This document shows positions 1-10,664 of a DNA stretch of 64,000 bases, piece after piece. Made by a program: the position numbers and the translations under genes. Position 1 is the stretch's first letter, and every line of letters starts with the position of its first letter. The DNA lies in NCBI GenBank assembly GCA_964237315.1, contig CAXSHL010000010.1, positions 10,556 to 74,555 of the forward strand, given 5' to 3'. Under the pieces are notes generated by a model that saw nothing but the letters and a program-made list of their open reading frames with translations, did not search any database and had not been told where the DNA came from. Source of the stretch: an uncultured Nocardioidaceae bacterium (GTDB lineage Bacteria > Actinomycetota > Actinomycetes > Propionibacteriales > Nocardioidaceae).

Positions 1-4
1 GGTC

Positions 5-1336
5 GTGAAGGAGCAGGCACTCACCGACGACCTCACCGGTCTGGCCAACCGTCGTGCGCTCTACGCACGCCTCGACGAGCTGCTGGGCCCCGACGCACTC
101 GACAGCACCGTCGCACCGAACAGGTTCGCCCTGGTGCTGGTGGACCTCGACCGGTTCAAGGAGGTCAACGACTCGCTCGGCCACGCGACCGGCGACGAGC
201 TCCTGCAGACGGTCGTCGCACGGTTCGCCGAGGCCCTCGCCGCACTGAACACCGCACACCTGCTCACGCGGCTCGGCGGCGATGAGTTCGCGGTCGTGCT
301 CGACGAGCTGACCACCCCGGTCGAGGCGATGGCCGTGGGCCAGACCCTGCAGGCCAGCCTCTTGGAACCGATCCACCTCGGACGGGCGGTGCTGCACGTC
401 CGCGCCAGCATCGGCGTGGCCGTCTCACCGCAGCACGGGAGCACCCGAAGCGACATCCTCTTCGCCGCCGACGCCGCGATGTACGCCGCCAAGACCTCCG
501 GCGAGCCGGTCTCCCTCTACGCGCCGGCCGTGGTCGGCGACCGGCGCACCCGGCTGTCGGTGGCCGAGGAGCTGCACACAGCACTGGAGAAGCGGGAGCT
601 GACCGTCGCCTACCAGCCGATCTGCGACACGGACGGCCGGCTGGTGGCCGCCGAGTCCCTGGTCCGCTGGGACCACCCCACCCGCGGGAGGCTGTCCCCC
701 GAGGAGTTCCTCGAGACCGCCGAGCGCTACCGGCTGACCCACGTCATCGCCGAGCGGGTGCTCGACGTGGCTCTGTCCGACCTCGCGCGGTGGCGGGTCC
801 TGGACCCTGCGCTGACCATGTCGGTGAACATCTCCGCCTCCGACCTCCGCGACGAGAGCATCGTGCACGTCGTGGCCGAGGCCCTGCTCGACCACCGGGT
901 GCCGCCGGCGGCGCTCACCGTCGAGGTCACCGAGACGGCCATGATGCGCGACCCGGAGATGGCCCAGCAGGTGATGCACGCCCTGTCCGACCTGGGGGTC
1001 GAGCTCTCGGTCGACGACTACGGCACCGGCTACAGCTCGCTGGAGTATCTCCTGAAGCTGCCGGTCAGCGAGATCAAGCTGGACCGCGCGTTCTCGACCA
1101 ACCTCGAGCGCGGCCTGCGCCCGGTCGAGATCGTCCGCTCCACCGTCCTGCTCACCCACGCCCTGGGCCTGCGGATGGTCGCCGAGGGCGTCGAGGACGA
1201 GGCCACCCTGCTCGTGCTGCGCGAGCTCGGCTGCGACCGGGTCCAGGGCTGGCACCTGGGCCGGCCGATGGACGCGACGGCGTTCGGCAGGCTCGTCGGC
1301 CGGCTGCCCGCCCCCCGGCCGGCGGGAACCCCCTAG
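5..1336 (+). CDS. GGDEF-EAL diguanylate cyclase/phosphodiesterase (probably 5'-truncated by the window edge)
   Basis: DDLTGLANRR, DLDRFKEVNDSLGH, RLGGDEF, ESL+VRW, VDDYGTGYSSL, VAEGVE, QGW motifs. Confidence 0.93.
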   Translation: MKEQALTDDLTGLANRRALYARLDELLGPDALDSTVAPNRFALVLVDLDRFKEVNDSLGHATGDELLQTVVARFAEALAALNTAHLLTRLGGDEFAVVLDELTTPVEAMAVGQTLQASLLEPIHLGRAVLHVRASIGVAVSPQHGSTRSDILFAADAAMYAAKTSGEPVSLYAPAVVGDRRTRLSVAEELHTALEKRELTVAYQPICDTDGRLVAAESLVRWDHPTRGRLSPEEFLETAERYRLTHVIAERVLDVALSDLARWRVLDPALTMSVNISASDLRDESIVHVVAEALLDHRVPPAALTVEVTETAMMRDPEMAQQVMHALSDLGVELSVDDYGTGYSSLEYLLKLPVSEIKLDRAFSTNLERGLRPVEIVRSTVLLTHALGLRMVAEGVEDEATLLVLRELGCDRVQGWHLGRPMDATAFGRLVGRLPAPRPAGTP

Positions 1337-3756
1337 GCGTCGAGGCGGCGCACCGCAGAGATCCGGTGTACGGCGAAGGACCGGACGTCCTCGGTGCGGT
1401 GGTCGTAGGCCGACAGCCAGCCCGCGTCGACCTTCACCGGGTCGACCACCCGCTCGACGGTCGTGCCGTGACTGTCGACGTAGCCGATCCAGACGCTGTC
1501 GCCCGACTCGACGGCCTCCCGCAGCACGGCGAGGGTGGAGGCGGGTGTCCTGGGCTCGGCGGCGAGCAGTGCCGGGTCGGGCCGGGTCGCGGCAGCGAGG
1601 TCACCTGCCCGGATGGCGGTGACGGTGGCCGCGATGCGCGCAGCGAGCCGGGCCGACTCGCGGGCTCCCGCCGGTCCCCGCCGCGGGGCCGGTCCTTGGC
1701 CTGGTGCCTGAGCCGGTGGGCGGCGAGGCGTATGCGCCCGCAGGGCCTCTCGGCGGGCCACCCGCACCGTGCCGTCCGGGGCCTCGACGACCGGGGCCGA
1801 GCCGAGGTCGCGGAGCCGGGGGAGCAGCACGTCGAGCGGCACGTCGCTGACCAGCACGGTCGGCGCGATCCGTCGCAGCCGCAGCGCGGCCGCCCTGGGA
1901 TGGTGCAGCAGCTCGGCGAGCGCGGTCTCGTCGTCGCTGCGCAGGAACGACTCGACCGCGCCGACCCGGATCGTGCCGAACCGCCGCGACACGTCGTCGA
2001 CGAGGTAGGTCAGCCCCTGCGGCACCGGCGTCCGGGACGCCGAGGAGAGGAAGTCGTGCACCTCGCCCGCGGACCAGCCGGAGTCGAAGGCCCGGCGCAC
2101 CGACGACTCGGTGAACCGGTAGACCGTCGCCCCGCCACGCGACTCGATGTCGGCCACGGTGGCCAGCTGCCGGGCGACCTCCGGCTCCACCGGACCGGGA
2201 GCCACCGCCGTCAGGTCCGCCTGCAGCAGCACGTGGTCGACGTACGCAGGCAGGAGAGGCGCCAGCACGGCAGCCGCCTCGTGCGCCGGGTCGTCGCCAT
2301 GCAGCAGCGCGCGCCCGTGGGCCGCCGTCCCGCCCAGCGCGGTCAGCCCCAGCACCGCCGACTCCTCGACGGCCCAGGTCACCGCCTGCGCCCGGGCGGG
2401 TGGGCGGCGCGGCCGCAGCCAGGTCAGCCGCTCGACCAGCGACGGCAGCCCGGTGCCGGCGGCGAGCACCCGGCCGGGCCCGATCGAGGCGATCTCCACC
2501 ACCGCCGTGCGACGTGTCTCCGGCAGCCAGGCCCGGTCCAGGTCGGGCAGCAGGGCGTTCACCGGCTTGCCGCCCTCGCGTCCGCCGACGAGCCCGGTCA
2601 TGCGCGGGTTGGCGAGCCAGGCAAGGGCCAGCCGCGTCCAGCGCTCGGCGACGGGAGCGGCGCTCCACAGGTCGAAGCCGTCGGTCGGCAGCCACACCGT
2701 GCTCGCGTCCGGAGCCGTCCCAACGGCCAGCAGGTCCGCGGCCGCGGCTAGCTCGACGTGCAGGGCGGCGGTCCGCTCGTCGAGGTGCAGGAGCTCGGCG
2801 GCGGCCTTGAGCTCGCGCACCCCCAGGCCCCCGGTGCGCAGCGCCGACGGCGGAGCGCTGCCCCAGTGCTCGAGCAGCAGCTCGACGTGCCGCACCAGCT
2901 CGAAGGCCGCCCCGGCCGCCGTCCGGTCCACGAGGGACGGGTCGCGCTCGGCGGTCACCAGTGCCGGCTCCGCGTCGACCTGCTGCCGGGTCGTGTGTCC
3001 GTCCCGCAGGCAGATCGCCACCTCCCTGGGTACGGCGACGTGCCGGCTGTCGCGCGCCACGAGCAGCCCTCGGGACAGCAGCTGCTCGACCGGTCCGCCA
3101 CCGGGACGCGAGGTGGACCGCTCGGTGGACTCGACGGAGCCGTCCTTGCCCTCCCGGTCCAGGTGCTCCAGGATCGCGCGGGCCGGCGGGTCGACCTCGG
3201 CGAGCAGCCGCGCCACGGCCTGCTGGTCGGCGAGCACCGCAGCCACAGCCGCCACGTCGTCCTGCCGGCTGCCGCTGGGGGTGAGGCCGAGGTCGCGGAC
3301 CAGGGTGCTCACGCGGGCCGGGCCGTAGGCGCCGAGCAGGGTGGCAGCCGGGGCGCCCAGCCGGCTGATCCGCGTGCCGACGATGTCGGTGAGGCAGCTC
3401 AGCGCGCGCAATGAGTCGTCGGTGCCCCACAGCAGGGCACCGCGACGGAGGTGCTCCAGCGCCTGGTCCACGCTGTCCGGCGCGGCGTTGACCCGGGCCT
3501 GCAGCTGGTCCACCGACGCCGCGCCGCCCAGGGCGACGACCGCGTCCAGCACCGTCAGCTCGAGCTGGGTGAGCTGGTCGACTGCGAGCAGGACCGAGGC
3601 CCGGGTGCCTACCCGCGAGGCGAGCTGCGAGGTGTCCTGCGGCACCGGGGTGGCCAGGTCGGGACGGGCCGTCAGCAGGGCGGCGACCTGCTCGTCGGAC
3701 CATCCGCGAAGCTGGTCGGCGAGGGTGCGGGGCGCCGTGGCGGACGGTGTGGACAT
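1333..3756 (-). CDS. Helicase-associated (XPB/Ssl2-like) domain protein with C-terminal WYL-like domain (Rv0862c-like)
   Basis: [14 protein letters not shown]...[11 protein letters not shown]...[15 protein letters not shown]; C-terminal IGYVD...ERVVDP...RSFAVHRI; -10 TATCGT 7 nt before ATG. Confidence 0.85.
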   Translation of the reverse strand: MSTPSATAPRTLADQLRGWSDEQVAALLTARPDLATPVPQDTSQLASRVGTRASVLLAVDQLTQLELTVLDAVVALGGAASVDQLQARVNAAPDSVDQALEHLRRGALLWGTDDSLRALSCLTDIVGTRISRLGAPAATLLGAYGPARVSTLVRDLGLTPSGSRQDDVAAVAAVLADQQAVARLLAEVDPPARAILEHLDREGKDGSVESTERSTSRPGGGPVEQLLSRGLLVARDSRHVAVPREVAICLRDGHTTRQQVDAEPALVTAERDPSLVDRTAAGAAFELVRHVELLLEHWGSAPPSALRTGGLGVRELKAAAELLHLDERTAALHVELAAAADLLAVGTAPDASTVWLPTDGFDLWSAAPVAERWTRLALAWLANPRMTGLVGGREGGKPVNALLPDLDRAWLPETRRTAVVEIASIGPGRVLAAGTGLPSLVERLTWLRPRRPPARAQAVTWAVEESAVLGLTALGGTAAHGRALLHGDDPAHEAAAVLAPLLPAYVDHVLLQADLTAVAPGPVEPEVARQLATVADIESRGGATVYRFTESSVRRAFDSGWSAGEVHDFLSSASRTPVPQGLTYLVDDVSRRFGTIRVGAVESFLRSDDETALAELLHHPRAAALRLRRIAPTVLVSDVPLDVLLPRLRDLGSAPVVEAPDGTVRVARREALRAHTPRRPPAQAPGQGPAPRRGPAGARESARLAARIAATVTAIRAGDLAAATRPDPALLAAEPRTPASTLAVLREAVESGDSVWIGYVDSHGTTVERVVDPVKVDAGWLSAYDHRTEDVRSFAVHRISAVRRLDA

Positions 3757-3794
3757 CCGCTCCACGATACCGACCGCCTGAACATCGGCGGAGC

Positions 3795-4019
3795 GTGGTC
3801 GAGGCGGACTCGTTCGAGTTCCACCGCCGCCGGAAGGCCCTGACCCGGGACTGCGTCCGCTACAACGCGCTGGTCCTGCGCGGCTGGACGGTGCTGCGGT
3901 TCAGCTGGGAGCAGGTGATGTTCGACCACGACTACGTGCGCGGTTGCCTGGCCCGATTGGCCGCCCAGGGTGCGGCGCGACAGGCGACTCTCCCCCGCAG
4001 GGGCCGTCTGAGCGCCTGA
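3795..4019 (+). pseudogene. C-terminal fragment of a DUF559/Vsr-like endonuclease
   Basis: VEADSFEFH...[24 protein letters not shown]; N-terminal part missing. Confidence 0.7.
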
Positions 4020-4074
4020 TCAGGGCAGGTCACCTGTTGGTCGGCACCGGTGGAGCCCGGCTTAGGCTTGGCGG

Positions 4075-4866
4075 ATGACTGAGACGACTCCCACGCACTC
4101 CACCGAAGCACACCGGTCACTCGACGGGCGCACCGCGCTGGTCACCGGCGCAGCCAGCGGCATCGGCCTCGCCGTCGCCTCCACGCTGGCCGAGCGCGGC
4201 GCCCAGGTGCTCGTGCTGGACCGCAACGAGGAGGGCGCCCGGTCGGTCGCCGAGGAGATCGGTGGAAAGCCGCTGGTCGCCGACCTGTCCGACGGTGCGT
4301 CCATCGACGCGTTGGGCCTGGGCGGCCTGGGCGTCGACATCCTCGTCAACAACGCCGGCATCCAGCACGTGGCCCCGGTCGAGGACTTCGACCCCGAGCG
4401 GTTCTCCTTCATCCAGCGCCTGATGCTCGAGGCGCCGTTCCGGCTGGCCCGCGGTCTGCTGCCGGGGATGTACGAGCGCGGCTGGGGCCGGCTGGTGCAC
4501 GTGTCGTCGGTGCACGGTCACCGGGCCTCGCCGTACAAGTCGGCCTATGTCTCGGCAAAGCACGGTCTCGAGGGCCTCTCGAAGGTGATCGCGCTGGAGG
4601 CCGCCGGCAAGGGCGTCACCAGCAACACCGTCTGCCCCGGCTACGTCCGGACGCCCCTGGTCGAGGGGCAGATCGCTGACCAAGCGCGCTCCCACGGGAT
4701 CCCCGAGGACGAGGTGCTGGACAAGGTCCTGCTCGGCCGGACGCCGATCAAGCGGCTGGTCGAGCCGGCGGAGGTGGCCGAGCTCGTGTGCTTCCTGTGC
4801 GGACCCGGCACGGACTCGGTGACCGGCACCTCGTTCATGATGGACGGCGGCTGGACCGCCACCTGA
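4075..4866 (+). CDS. 3-hydroxybutyrate dehydrogenase (SDR)
   Basis: TGAASGIG, NNAGIQH, YVSAKHG, CPGYVRTPLV. Confidence 0.9.
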   Translation: MTETTPTHSTEAHRSLDGRTALVTGAASGIGLAVASTLAERGAQVLVLDRNEEGARSVAEEIGGKPLVADLSDGASIDALGLGGLGVDILVNNAGIQHVAPVEDFDPERFSFIQRLMLEAPFRLARGLLPGMYERGWGRLVHVSSVHGHRASPYKSAYVSAKHGLEGLSKVIALEAAGKGVTSNTVCPGYVRTPLVEGQIADQARSHGIPEDEVLDKVLLGRTPIKRLVEPAEVAELVCFLCGPGTDSVTGTSFMMDGGWTAT

Positions 4867-4868
4867 GG

Positions 4869-5444
4869 CTAGCGGGGCCGCTCGCCGCGGCCGGCCTTCT
4901 CGGCGGCCTGGGCGACCCGGGTCGCCCGGGTGGGTGGCCGCTTGGCCTGCACGATCCACTCCAGGGTCGCGCGGCGCGCCGACCGCGGGAACGTCTCCCA
5001 TGCCGCCCTCGCGCCGGGATGCTCGTCGAAGGCGGCCGCCAGGTCGTCGGGTACGACGAGGTTCTCCACGTCGTCCAGCAGGGACCACGAGCCGTTGTCC
5101 TTGGCAACGTCGATCGCCCGCTGTCCCGCAGGGCCCATCCGGCCGTCGGCGTACAGCCGCTCGACCCGCTCCTTGTTCGGCCTCGACCAGCCGCTCGTCG
5201 CGCGCCGGGGGCAGAACCACAGCATCGAGCGGTCCTCGTCCAGCCGCTGGGCCTTGCTGTCCACCCACCCGACGGCGAGGGCCTCGGTGACCGCCTCGTC
5301 GTAGGTCACCGTCGGGTTGCCGGTGTGCTTGCGCCAGGTCACCAGCCAGGCTCCGGGGGTGCTCTCGTGGTGGTCCTCCAGCCAGCCGCGCCACTCCCCG
5401 GGCGTCGCGGGCTGCACGCGCGTCGCGTCGTCCATCACCGTCAT
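4869..5444 (-). CDS. YdeI/OmpD-associated family protein
   Basis: WRGWLEDHH...EALAVGWVDS...WSRPNKERV...VPDDLAAAF...AKRPPTR. Confidence 0.85.
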   Translation of the reverse strand: MTVMDDATRVQPATPGEWRGWLEDHHESTPGAWLVTWRKHTGNPTVTYDEAVTEALAVGWVDSKAQRLDEDRSMLWFCPRRATSGWSRPNKERVERLYADGRMGPAGQRAIDVAKDNGSWSLLDDVENLVVPDDLAAAFDEHPGARAAWETFPRSARRATLEWIVQAKRPPTRATRVAQAAEKAGRGERPR

Positions 5445-5506
5445 GGGGTCCAGGGTCGACCTCCGGCCGTCGGAGGGCAACCACGGTCGCTATCGTGGGC
5501 GGCGCC

Positions 5507-6097
5507 ATGTCGCAGGTCTGGTACGTCAGCTACGGCTCCAACATGAGCTCCGCCCGGTTCGCCTGCTACCTCTCCGGAGGCCGGCCGCCCGGCGGCTCCC
5601 GGGTGAACCCCGGCGCCCGCGACCGGACGCCTCCGGCCCGCACCGTCCCGGTGGACCTGCCCGGCACCGTCTACTTCGCAGGGGAGTCGCCGCAGTGGGG
5701 AGGGGGCGTCGCCTTCTACGACCACTCGCGACCGGGCTGGACGGCGGCCCGCGGCTACCTGGTGACCCGCGGCCAGTTCGCCGACATCGCCGCGCAGGAG
5801 ATGTATCGCGCGCCGCGCGACGACGACCCGCTCGAGCAGCTGCTCGGCGAGCCGCTGCCCGGCGGCCGGCACGAGCTCGGTCCCGGCCGCTACGAGACGC
5901 TGCTCGAGGTGGGCCGGCTCGACGGGCTGCCCCTGTTGACCTTCACCTCGCCGCACGGCATGCACCACGTGCCGCACACCAGGCCGCGGGAGAGCTACCT
6001 CGCCGTCGTGGCCCAGGGGCTCCGCGAGTCACGAGGCTGGGACGACGACCAGGTGGCGGACTACCTCGGCACCCTGACTGCGGGGTCGTGGGGCTGA
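5507..6097 (+). CDS. Gamma-glutamylcyclotransferase-like hypothetical protein
   Basis: WYVSYGSNM N-terminal motif; YFAGESPQWGGGVAFYD. Confidence 0.65.
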   Translation: MSQVWYVSYGSNMSSARFACYLSGGRPPGGSRVNPGARDRTPPARTVPVDLPGTVYFAGESPQWGGGVAFYDHSRPGWTAARGYLVTRGQFADIAAQEMYRAPRDDDPLEQLLGEPLPGGRHELGPGRYETLLEVGRLDGLPLLTFTSPHGMHHVPHTRPRESYLAVVAQGLRESRGWDDDQVADYLGTLTAGSWG

Positions 6098-6131
6098 GGG
6101 TGCGCCCCAGCGCACGCTCAGCCACACGACC
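6084..6131. repeat. REP-like 48-bp imperfect palindrome, copy 1
   Basis: GGTCGTGGGGCTGA...TCAGCCACACGACC; near-identical copy at 7656-7703. Confidence 0.8.
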
Positions 6132-6185
6132 GGACCAGGGGGCGACCCTTGCGCACGGCAACCTTCCTGGGGTCTGATCGGGACC

Positions 6186-7637
6186 ATGTCCCTTGACCTT
6201 CGCCGTCCCCGCGCCCGCCGAGTCGGCGTCGTCCTCGCCGCCGCGACGCTCGCCGTCGCCGTCCCCGCCACGGCAGGGGCGGCACCGCCGTACCCCAGTG
6301 ACTCGACGGCACCCGACCTGATCCCTCTGGAGGCCGGCTACAACGCGTTCTGGGTCTCCGACGGCGCCAACGACCTGCACGGCACCGTGCGCGACGCGCG
6401 GGTGCTCGCGCGCGACGACCAGCTGGTGGTGTGGGTCAACCAGCACACCACCGCGAAGCAGCAGTTCAAGGCGCTGCAGGACTCGGAGTACCAGAACGAC
6501 ACGAACACCTCCTTCGACCAGTCGGTGACGCTCGCCACCGGCCTGGGGCCCCGGCTGGGACGGATCTATGCTCAGGGCCGCAAGTCCGGTGCCCTGCGGC
6601 TGACCGGCAAGCTCATCAACAGCGAGACCGGCACCGCCGGTGCCTACGTGAGCACCAGCGTGGCCAAGGCGTACTACAGCCATCCGCGCCCCTACCTGCC
6701 CAGCGACCCGACCGTCGCCCCGGTCCCGGGCGACGACCCCGGCTGTGCGCCGTCGATCATCAACGGCTCCTCCCAGCAGGCGATCAGGATCGGCAAGCCG
6801 TGGGCCGACGCCAAGGGCAACCTGCTCATCACCCGGGTCGCGCCGGTGAACGACACGACCCACCAGTTCTCGTCGAGGGATGTGCTGCTCGACCCGGGCT
6901 ACGGCACGACGGGCCTGTGCACCGGCGGGTCCTTCCCGAGCGGCCACACCTCGACGGCGTACCAGGCGGGCCTCACGCTGGCCACGCTGCTGCCCGAGCT
7001 CGCGCCGGAGATCCTCACCCGCGCGTCGGAGGCCGCGAACAACCGTCTGACGCTCGGCGTGCACTATCCCCTCGACCTGATGGGCGGCCGGATCGCCGGC
7101 GAGGCGGCGCTGGCTGCCCGCTGGACGGACCCGAAGTACCGCGCCGAGGTGCTGGCCCCCGCGCGTGCCGAGCTCGTGCGCTACCTCCAGAAGGGGTGCG
7201 GGCACGCGCTCTCGGTGTGCATCGCGCGCCAGGGGCACTACACCTCGAACCCGTACGGCGGGCGGCGGATGCCCGGCGGCACCGCGCAGATCGTGGTGGA
7301 CCGCAGGAGCGCCGTCCGGGTCTACCGCGAGCGGATGACCTACGGGTTCCCGCGGGTCGGGTCCCGGCTGCAGCCCTCGGTGCCGGCCAGGGCCGCGAAC
7401 CTGCTTCGCACCACGTTCCCGCGGCTGACCCAGGCGCAGCGCAGGAGCGTCCTCGCCCAGACGGAGATCGCCTCGGGCTACCCGCTGGACCGCAGCGGCA
7501 CCCCGAACGGGTCGTGGGAGCGGCTGAACCTGGCCGCCGCGATGAGTGCGACGGTGCGGCTGACCGGGCACGGCTCCGTGCGGGTCGTCTCGACCGGTGG
7601 CCCGGCGAAGGTGCTGCCCCTGCGGCACCGATCCTGA
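6186..7637 (+). CDS. Secreted PAP2-family acid phosphatase
   Basis: Signal peptide; KAYYSHPRP, SFPSGHT, RLTLGVHYPLD motifs. Confidence 0.88.
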   Translation: MSLDLRRPRARRVGVVLAAATLAVAVPATAGAAPPYPSDSTAPDLIPLEAGYNAFWVSDGANDLHGTVRDARVLARDDQLVVWVNQHTTAKQQFKALQDSEYQNDTNTSFDQSVTLATGLGPRLGRIYAQGRKSGALRLTGKLINSETGTAGAYVSTSVAKAYYSHPRPYLPSDPTVAPVPGDDPGCAPSIINGSSQQAIRIGKPWADAKGNLLITRVAPVNDTTHQFSSRDVLLDPGYGTTGLCTGGSFPSGHTSTAYQAGLTLATLLPELAPEILTRASEAANNRLTLGVHYPLDLMGGRIAGEAALAARWTDPKYRAEVLAPARAELVRYLQKGCGHALSVCIARQGHYTSNPYGGRRMPGGTAQIVVDRRSAVRVYRERMTYGFPRVGSRLQPSVPARAANLLRTTFPRLTQAQRRSVLAQTEIASGYPLDRSGTPNGSWERLNLAAAMSATVRLTGHGSVRVVSTGGPAKVLPLRHRS

Positions 7638-7655
7638 CCCGAGCCCGCTCCACCA

Positions 7656-7703
7656 GGTCGTGGGGCTGACAGTGCGCCCGGGCGCACGCTGAGCCCCACG
7701 ACC
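7656..7703. repeat. REP-like 48-bp imperfect palindrome, copy 2
   Basis: GGTCGTGGGGCTGA...TGAGCCCCACGACC. Confidence 0.8.
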
Positions 7704-7722
7704 CGGGTGGTAGGGATGACCC

Positions 7723-8103
7723 ATGACGACCGCGGCCCTCACCGTCCTCGTCGTGCTGGCGCTCGTCGTCGAGACCGGCCTCGCCCTGGCGACGGCCCTG
7801 GGATCTCCTCTGGACCGGGCGTCGCGGATCGGCGCGCTGGTGGCGGAGGGGCTGCTCGTGGTGTCCGCAGCGCTCGACCTGGGCCGGATCGCCGCCGGCC
7901 ACCGGCCCGACGAGCTGCTGGTCCACCTCGGCTACGTGCTGGTGTCCGTGCTCCTGCTGCCGATCCTCGTGCGGCCGGTCGCCGGGAACGCCGAGGAGGC
8001 CGGGGAGATCTCCGACGACGACCGGCGCGGGCGACAGCTGGTGCTCTCGATCGCCTGCCTCGCGGTGCTCGTCGTCGTCTGGCGGCAGCGGGTGACCGCA
8101 TGA
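7723..8103 (+). CDS. Small integral membrane protein
   Basis: About four hydrophobic segments; ATGA overlap with next gene. Confidence 0.7.
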   Translation: MTTAALTVLVVLALVVETGLALATALGSPLDRASRIGALVAEGLLVVSAALDLGRIAAGHRPDELLVHLGYVLVSVLLLPILVRPVAGNAEEAGEISDDDRRGRQLVLSIACLAVLVVVWRQRVTA

Positions 8104-8513
8104 CCAGCATGATCAGCCGGGCGACCGCGGGACGCGTGCTGGTGGCGTTGTACACGCTGCTGGCGATCGCCGCGGGCTCGAGGTCCGCGGTGCAGCTGTC
8201 CACCCAGTTCTCCGAGGCGCCGCTGGCCTACCTGCTCTCGGCGGCGGCGGCCGTCGTCTACCTGGTCGCGGCCATCGCGCTGCGGCGCCCGGACCAGGTC
8301 GCCCGCCGGATCGCGGCGGTGTCGATGACGGTCGAGCTGGTCGGGGTCCTCGCGGTCGGGACGTTCACGCTGGTGCGGCCCGGTGACTTCCCGGACCAGA
8401 CGGTGTGGTCGGCCTACGGCGAGGGCTACGTCTTCGTGCCGCTGGTGCTGCCCGTGCTGGGGCTGTGGTGGCTGCGACGAGGAGGGGTCGTGCGCGGGAC
8501 CGGGCGGGGCTAG
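8100..8513 (+). CDS. Integral membrane protein (conserved actinobacterial type)
   Basis: MTSMISRATAGRVLVALY...SRSAVQL...EAPLAYLLSA...FPDQTVWSAYGEGY. Confidence 0.75.
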   Translation: MTSMISRATAGRVLVALYTLLAIAAGSRSAVQLSTQFSEAPLAYLLSAAAAVVYLVAAIALRRPDQVARRIAAVSMTVELVGVLAVGTFTLVRPGDFPDQTVWSAYGEGYVFVPLVLPVLGLWWLRRGGVVRGTGRG

Positions 8514-8522
8514 CCTCAGCCC

Positions 8523-10139
8523 GTGGAGTCATACGCGGCCGGGGACACCGGCATCCCGCTCATCGAGGAGACCATCGGCGCCAACTTCGCGCGGATCGCG
8601 GCGACGCACGGCGACCGCGAGGCGCTGGTGGAGGTCGCGTCCGGCCGCCGGCGGACCTATGCCGAGCTGGACGCCGCCGTCGACGAGGTCGCCCGCGGGC
8701 TCATCGCTGGCGGCATCGAGAAGGGCGACCGGGTCGGCATCTGGGCGCCGAACTGCGCGGAGTGGACGATCGTGCAGTACGCCACCGCCAAGGCCGGGGC
8801 CATCCTGGTCAACGTCAACCCGGCCTACCGGACCCACGAGCTGGCCTACGCGCTGAACCAGTCCGGTCTGCGGCTGCTGGTCTCCGCGGAGAGCTTCAAG
8901 ACCTCGGACTACCGCGGGATGGTGGAGGAGGTGCGCGGCGAGACGACGGCGATGGAGCGGGCGGTGTTCCTCGGGACGCCGGACTGGGACGAGCTGCTCG
9001 CCGCGGGCCGTGACCTGCCCGCGGACGCCGTACCCGACAGGATGGCGACGCTGAACCCTGGCGACCCGATCAACATCCAGTACACCTCCGGCACCACCGG
9101 CCACCCCAAGGGCGCGACCCTCTCGCACCGCAACATCCTCAACAACGGCTTCTTCGTGACCGAGACGATCAACTTCACCGAGCAGGACCGGCTGTGCATC
9201 CCGGTGCCCTTCTACCACTGCTTCGGGATGGTGATGGGCAACCTCGGGTGCACCACGCACGGCGCCGCGATGGTGATCCCGGCGCCCGGCTTCGACCCGT
9301 CGGCGACCCTGAAGGCGGTGCAGGACGAGCGCTGCACCGGTGTGTACGGCGTCCCGACGATGTTCATCGCCATGCAGAACGCTCCGGACTTCGCGACCTA
9401 CGACCTCTCCACCCTGCGCACCGGCATCATGGCCGGCTCGATCTGCCCGATCGAGGTGATGAAGCGCTGTGTCAGCGACATGCACATGGCCGAGGCGTCG
9501 ATCGCCTACGGCATGACCGAGACGTCGCCGGTGTCCTGCCAGACGCTGTCGGATGATGACCTGGATCGCCGCACCGCCACGATCGGCCGGGTGCACCCGC
9601 ACGTCGAGGTGAAGGTGATCGACCCGATCACCGGCGACACCGTGGAGCGCGGCGAGACCGGCGAGCTGTGCACGCGCGGCTACAGCGTGATGATCGGCTA
9701 CTGGGACGAGCCGGAGCGGACCGCGGAGGCGATCGACGAGGACGGCTGGATGCACACCGGTGACCTGGCGGTGATGCGCGAGGACGGCTACTGCAACATC
9801 GTCGGGCGGATCAAGGACATGGTGATCCGCGGCGGTGAGAACATCTACCCCCGCGAGATCGAGGAGTTCCTCTACAGCCACCCCGACATCGAGGACGTGC
9901 AGGTGATCGGCGTCCCCGACGAGAGGTACGGCGAGGAGCTGTGCGCGTGGGTCAAGCTGCGCAGCGGCGCCCAGCCGCTCGACGAGGCGAAGGTGCGCGA
10001 GTTCTGCACCGGCCGGCTCTCGCACTACAAGATCCCGCGCTACGTGATGGTGGTCGACGAGTTCCCGATGACCGTGACCGGCAAGATCCGCAAGGTGCAG
10101 ATGCGCGAGGAGACGGCGCAGAAGCTGGGGCTGGCCTGA
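8523..10139 (+). CDS. AMP-binding acyl-CoA synthetase
   Basis: [41 protein letters not shown]. Confidence 0.95.
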   Translation: MESYAAGDTGIPLIEETIGANFARIAATHGDREALVEVASGRRRTYAELDAAVDEVARGLIAGGIEKGDRVGIWAPNCAEWTIVQYATAKAGAILVNVNPAYRTHELAYALNQSGLRLLVSAESFKTSDYRGMVEEVRGETTAMERAVFLGTPDWDELLAAGRDLPADAVPDRMATLNPGDPINIQYTSGTTGHPKGATLSHRNILNNGFFVTETINFTEQDRLCIPVPFYHCFGMVMGNLGCTTHGAAMVIPAPGFDPSATLKAVQDERCTGVYGVPTMFIAMQNAPDFATYDLSTLRTGIMAGSICPIEVMKRCVSDMHMAEASIAYGMTETSPVSCQTLSDDDLDRRTATIGRVHPHVEVKVIDPITGDTVERGETGELCTRGYSVMIGYWDEPERTAEAIDEDGWMHTGDLAVMREDGYCNIVGRIKDMVIRGGENIYPREIEEFLYSHPDIEDVQVIGVPDERYGEELCAWVKLRSGAQPLDEAKVREFCTGRLSHYKIPRYVMVVDEFPMTVTGKIRKVQMREETAQKLGLA

Positions 10140-10158
10140 GCCCGTCGCTGCGGGAGTC

Positions 10159-10593
10159 TCACGGCTCCCGGGTGGCGGCGTCCGTCGTGGTGCGCGGGGT
10201 GTGGAAGGTCAGCCGGTTCCCGAAGGGGTCGGGCACGGTCAGGTCGTCGCCCCACGGCTCGCTGTCCAGGCCGATCCGCAGGGGGTAGACCGGGCTCTCG
10301 GTGAGCTCGCGTTGCAGGCTGCGCACGTCGGAGACCTCGATCCGGACGGCGGAGCCGGGCGTGGCGTCGCCGTGGTGCTCGCTCAGGTGCAGCACGCACC
10401 CGGCGCGGGACACCTGCTGGTAGAGCGGCATCCCCTCGCCGAACCTGTGCTCCCAGTCCACGCTGAAGCCGAGGAAGTCGACGTAGAACCGCCGTGCCTC
10501 CTCACCGGGGAAGGTCCGCAGGATCGGAACCGTGACCGGAGTCGGCGAGGCCGTGGGCCCGGGGTCTAGGTCAGGGTCGGTGTCGATGATCAC
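10159..10593 (-). CDS. Glyoxalase/bleomycin-resistance superfamily protein
   Basis: PILRTF...FYVDFLGFSVDWEHRF...LHLSEHHGDATPG...DPFGNRLTF; start codon uncertain. Confidence 0.85.
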   Translation of the reverse strand: MIIDTDPDLDPGPTASPTPVTVPILRTFPGEEARRFYVDFLGFSVDWEHRFGEGMPLYQQVSRAGCVLHLSEHHGDATPGSAVRIEVSDVRSLQRELTESPVYPLRIGLDSEPWGDDLTVPDPFGNRLTFHTPRTTTDAATREP

Positions 10594-10664
10594 TCCTCCA
10601 CCGGCGAGATGTCGTCGGGCTCTGCGTTGCTCACCGTACATCCGCGCCCCCTAGGATCGGCCGG

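Noticed and set aside
1333-3756. WYL-containing protein as a phage-defence system
   Set aside because: It matches the conserved housekeeping Rv0862c-like gene in its usual neighbourhood, with no defence genes nearby.
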